From positions 1 through 50,969 of the forward strand of contig JBMOJJ010000001.1 in assembly GCA_049315845.1 (NCBI GenBank): 50,969 bases of DNA, given 5' to 3'. The first letter of the stretch is position 1, and every line of letters starts with the position of its first letter. Origin of the DNA: Rhodoferax sp. (lineage in GTDB: Bacteria > Pseudomonadota > Gammaproteobacteria > Burkholderiales > Burkholderiaceae_C). The notes under the pieces are model-generated. The model worked only from the letters and a program-made list of their open reading frames with translations, searched no databases and was not told the DNA's origin. The translations under genes were made by a program, and so were the position numbers. Below, one piece after another: positions 50,001 through 50,969 of the stretch.

Positions 50001-50969
50001 AGCGCCAGGTTGCGTTGCTGCTGGTCGATCTGGACCATTTCAAGAACCTCAACGATGCCCTCGGTCATGAGAAGGGTGACCTGCTGCTGCTGCAGTTTGC
50101 CCTTCGCTTGAGCGCTTGCGTCAATGAGGGTGGCACGGTGGCTCGCCTTGGCGGTGACGAATTTGTCGTGATCCTGACGCAACTGGACCAAAGTCCGCTG
50201 GAAGCGGCGATGCACGCTGAAACAGTCGCCAACAGGATCCTGAATTTACTCAGGCAACCCTACCAAATAGACGGTTCAGAGATTTCCTGCAATGCCAGCA
50301 TCGGCATCACCTTGTTCGGCGACAGGCATGAGGACACGAGCGAGCCCTTGAAGAGAGCCGAACTGGCCATGTACCAGGCCAAGGCGCACGGGCGCAATAC
50401 GCTGTGCTTCTTTGATCCCGATATGCAGGCTGTGGTCAATTCCCGCGTCGCCCTGGAGGCCGGTCTTCGCGAGGCGATCGAGACAAATCAGTTCCTGCTG
50501 CACTATCAGCCGCAGGTGACAGACCAGGGCAAGATCACCGGCGTCGAGGCGCTGCTTCGTTGGCCGGACCCGAAGCGCGGCATGAGGTCGCCGGCGGAAT
50601 TCATCCCGCTGGCAGAGGAAACCGGCCTGATCCTGCCAATCGGCAACTGGGTCCTGGAGACGGCCTGCAAGCAATTGGCTCGATGGGCCACGATGCCCGC
50701 GATGGCGCACCTGACGGTTGCGGTCAACGTCAGCACCAGTCAGTTTCACCAGCGGGACTTCGTCGATCAGGTGCTCAGCACGCTGCACCGCACCGGCTCC
50801 AACCCCAATCGGCTCAAGCTCGAGTTGACCGAGAGCGTGCTGGTCACGGATGTCGCTGGCGTGATCGCCAAGATGAGCGCCCTCAGGGGAAGAGGGGTCA
50901 CGTTCTCGCTGGATGACTTCGGCACCGGCTACTCGTCGCTGTCCTACCTCAAGCGCCTGCCGCTGGACC
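47063..50969 (+). CDS. Membrane sensor diguanylate cyclase/phosphodiesterase (TM-Cache-TM-HAMP-PAS-GAF-PAS-PAS-GGDEF-EAL), 3' end outside the window
   Basis: Not in the ORF track because it is open at the edge. ATG 47063 gives MNLTTFQRHSLKTRVTLFTL; DEIGQL..FN HAMP; D.LTGLPNR; ARLGGDEF from 50141 and GVEALLRW from 50540 checked to be in frame; ends LDDFGTGYSSLSYLKRLPLD. Confidence 0.92.
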   Translation, partial: MNLTTFQRHSLKTRVTLFTLVIFLVSIWSLQYIASRMLHRDMEQSLGEQQFSTVALIADEINADLADRLRALERIAEATEQAMLDNPAALRTSLEGRLLLQGFFNGGVFVAGVDGVVIASTQPLMVPPGLSVGDRDYMIAALKEGRTSIGQPVLGRQQSLPILAMAAPIRNARTQVIGAVVGVTSLSLPNFLDRISQNRYGKSGNYLLVAGQHRLIVTASEKSRVMEILPKPGINQKLDRFINGYEGTDTLVNPLGVEVFTAVKHVPIAAWYVAATLPTADAFAPVHALLQRTTGAAVLLTLLAGGLIWLMLRRQLEPLQATARTLATWSDGKQTLHPLPVTRQDEIGQLITGFNRLLADLGQRQEWLKLSESRFRTMFSEAPMGIALIGSLTGHIYEVNPMFARISGRSVEEMTGIDWMSITHPDDVRQDLDQLALMNAGRIASFQMEKRFLRKDGELAWIDMRIAPIYVEDSAHPRHICMIEDISERKRNEETVREKSEQLRLLYGASQRLNRTLDLDEIYRAINDFISVIAPNDSFSISAFDPDTQLIACRAYFMDKQPVDVGAFPSIPLEAQGQGTQSIVIRSGQPLLIGDYQARVKTAKTSYFVDDQTHELVRQVDPEEEVIQSALIVPLKVGGQVTGVIQVMSCRPNAYTEDQLKLLESLALHAASAEQNAILFAKMQFELAERKVAEAALREREQLLRESQRAANIGSYINHLEAGTFECTAALDDIFGITGDYPHTNQGWLDFMHPDFTEVLQNALSESVQNKKPFDSEYKIIRPRDGAQRWMHGLGEIAYDHRGKAVSMVGTVQDITERKVAEEQLRKLSLAIEQSPNSIVITDIASRIEYVNDAFVKVTGYSREEAVGQTPHILQSGKTPSKTYVRMWQALGKGKVWKGEFCNRTKNGREFDEFAIISPLRQSDGRVTHYVAVKEDLTERKAAEEQIQSLAFSDLLTGLPNRRMLIVQLQQVMIASEHEKRQVALLLVDLDHFKNLNDALGHEKGDLLLLQFALRLSACVNEGGTVARLGGDEFVVILTQLDQSPLEAAMHAETVANRILNLLRQPYQIDGSEISCNASIGITLFGDRHEDTSEPLKRAELAMYQAKAHGRNTLCFFDPDMQAVVNSRVALEAGLREAIETNQFLLHYQPQVTDQGKITGVEALLRWPDPKRGMRSPAEFIPLAEETGLILPIGNWVLETACKQLARWATMPAMAHLTVAVNVSTSQFHQRDFVDQVLSTLHRTGSNPNRLKLELTESVLVTDVAGVIAKMSALRGRGVTFSLDDFGTGYSSLSYLKRLPLD

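Noticed and set aside
47090-50788. Minus-strand ORFs of 353, 511 and 170 aa
   Set aside because: Shadows of the plus-strand GGDEF-EAL gene that the ORF track missed because it is open at the window end.

Overview
High-GC bacterial chromosomal segment. Gene content is most like Burkholderiales/Comamonadaceae (inference). About 45 genes; no rRNA, tRNA, CRISPR array or recognisable mobile element. From left to right: (1) aldarate catabolism (gudD truncated at the window edge, Bug/TctC binding protein, LacI regulator with two matching operators, garD); (2) a patatin-ugpB-DUF4239-secreted protein operon; (3) a ~290-nt intergenic element whose helices abut and nest, a candidate unannotated structured RNA near an FNR-type box; (4) assorted housekeeping/accessory genes (GNAT, an unannotated 45-aa membrane protein, flavin reductase, PepF, DUF455, rhodanese, M23, CPA2 antiporter, PLD); (5) a single-chain SpoT/Mesh1-type HD hydrolase-CBS pair-HEPN(RxxxxH) protein; (6) tandem c4 cytochromes, a PafA-type phosphatase and a GT41 TPR glycosyltransferase; (7) a cluster of four exported lipoprotein phosphoesterases of three different folds; (8) an ArsR-controlled sulfide cluster coupling SQR to an RND-TolC pump, DUF2892, TrxC and TlpA; (9) a large Cache/HAMP-PAS-GAF-PAS-PAS-GGDEF-EAL gene truncated at the right edge. 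The best candidates for something undescribed are the HD-CBS-HEPN protein, the 9.66-9.95 kb structured RNA, the phosphoesterase cluster and the SQR-RND operon. All family calls are by-eye motif recognition; no searches were run.
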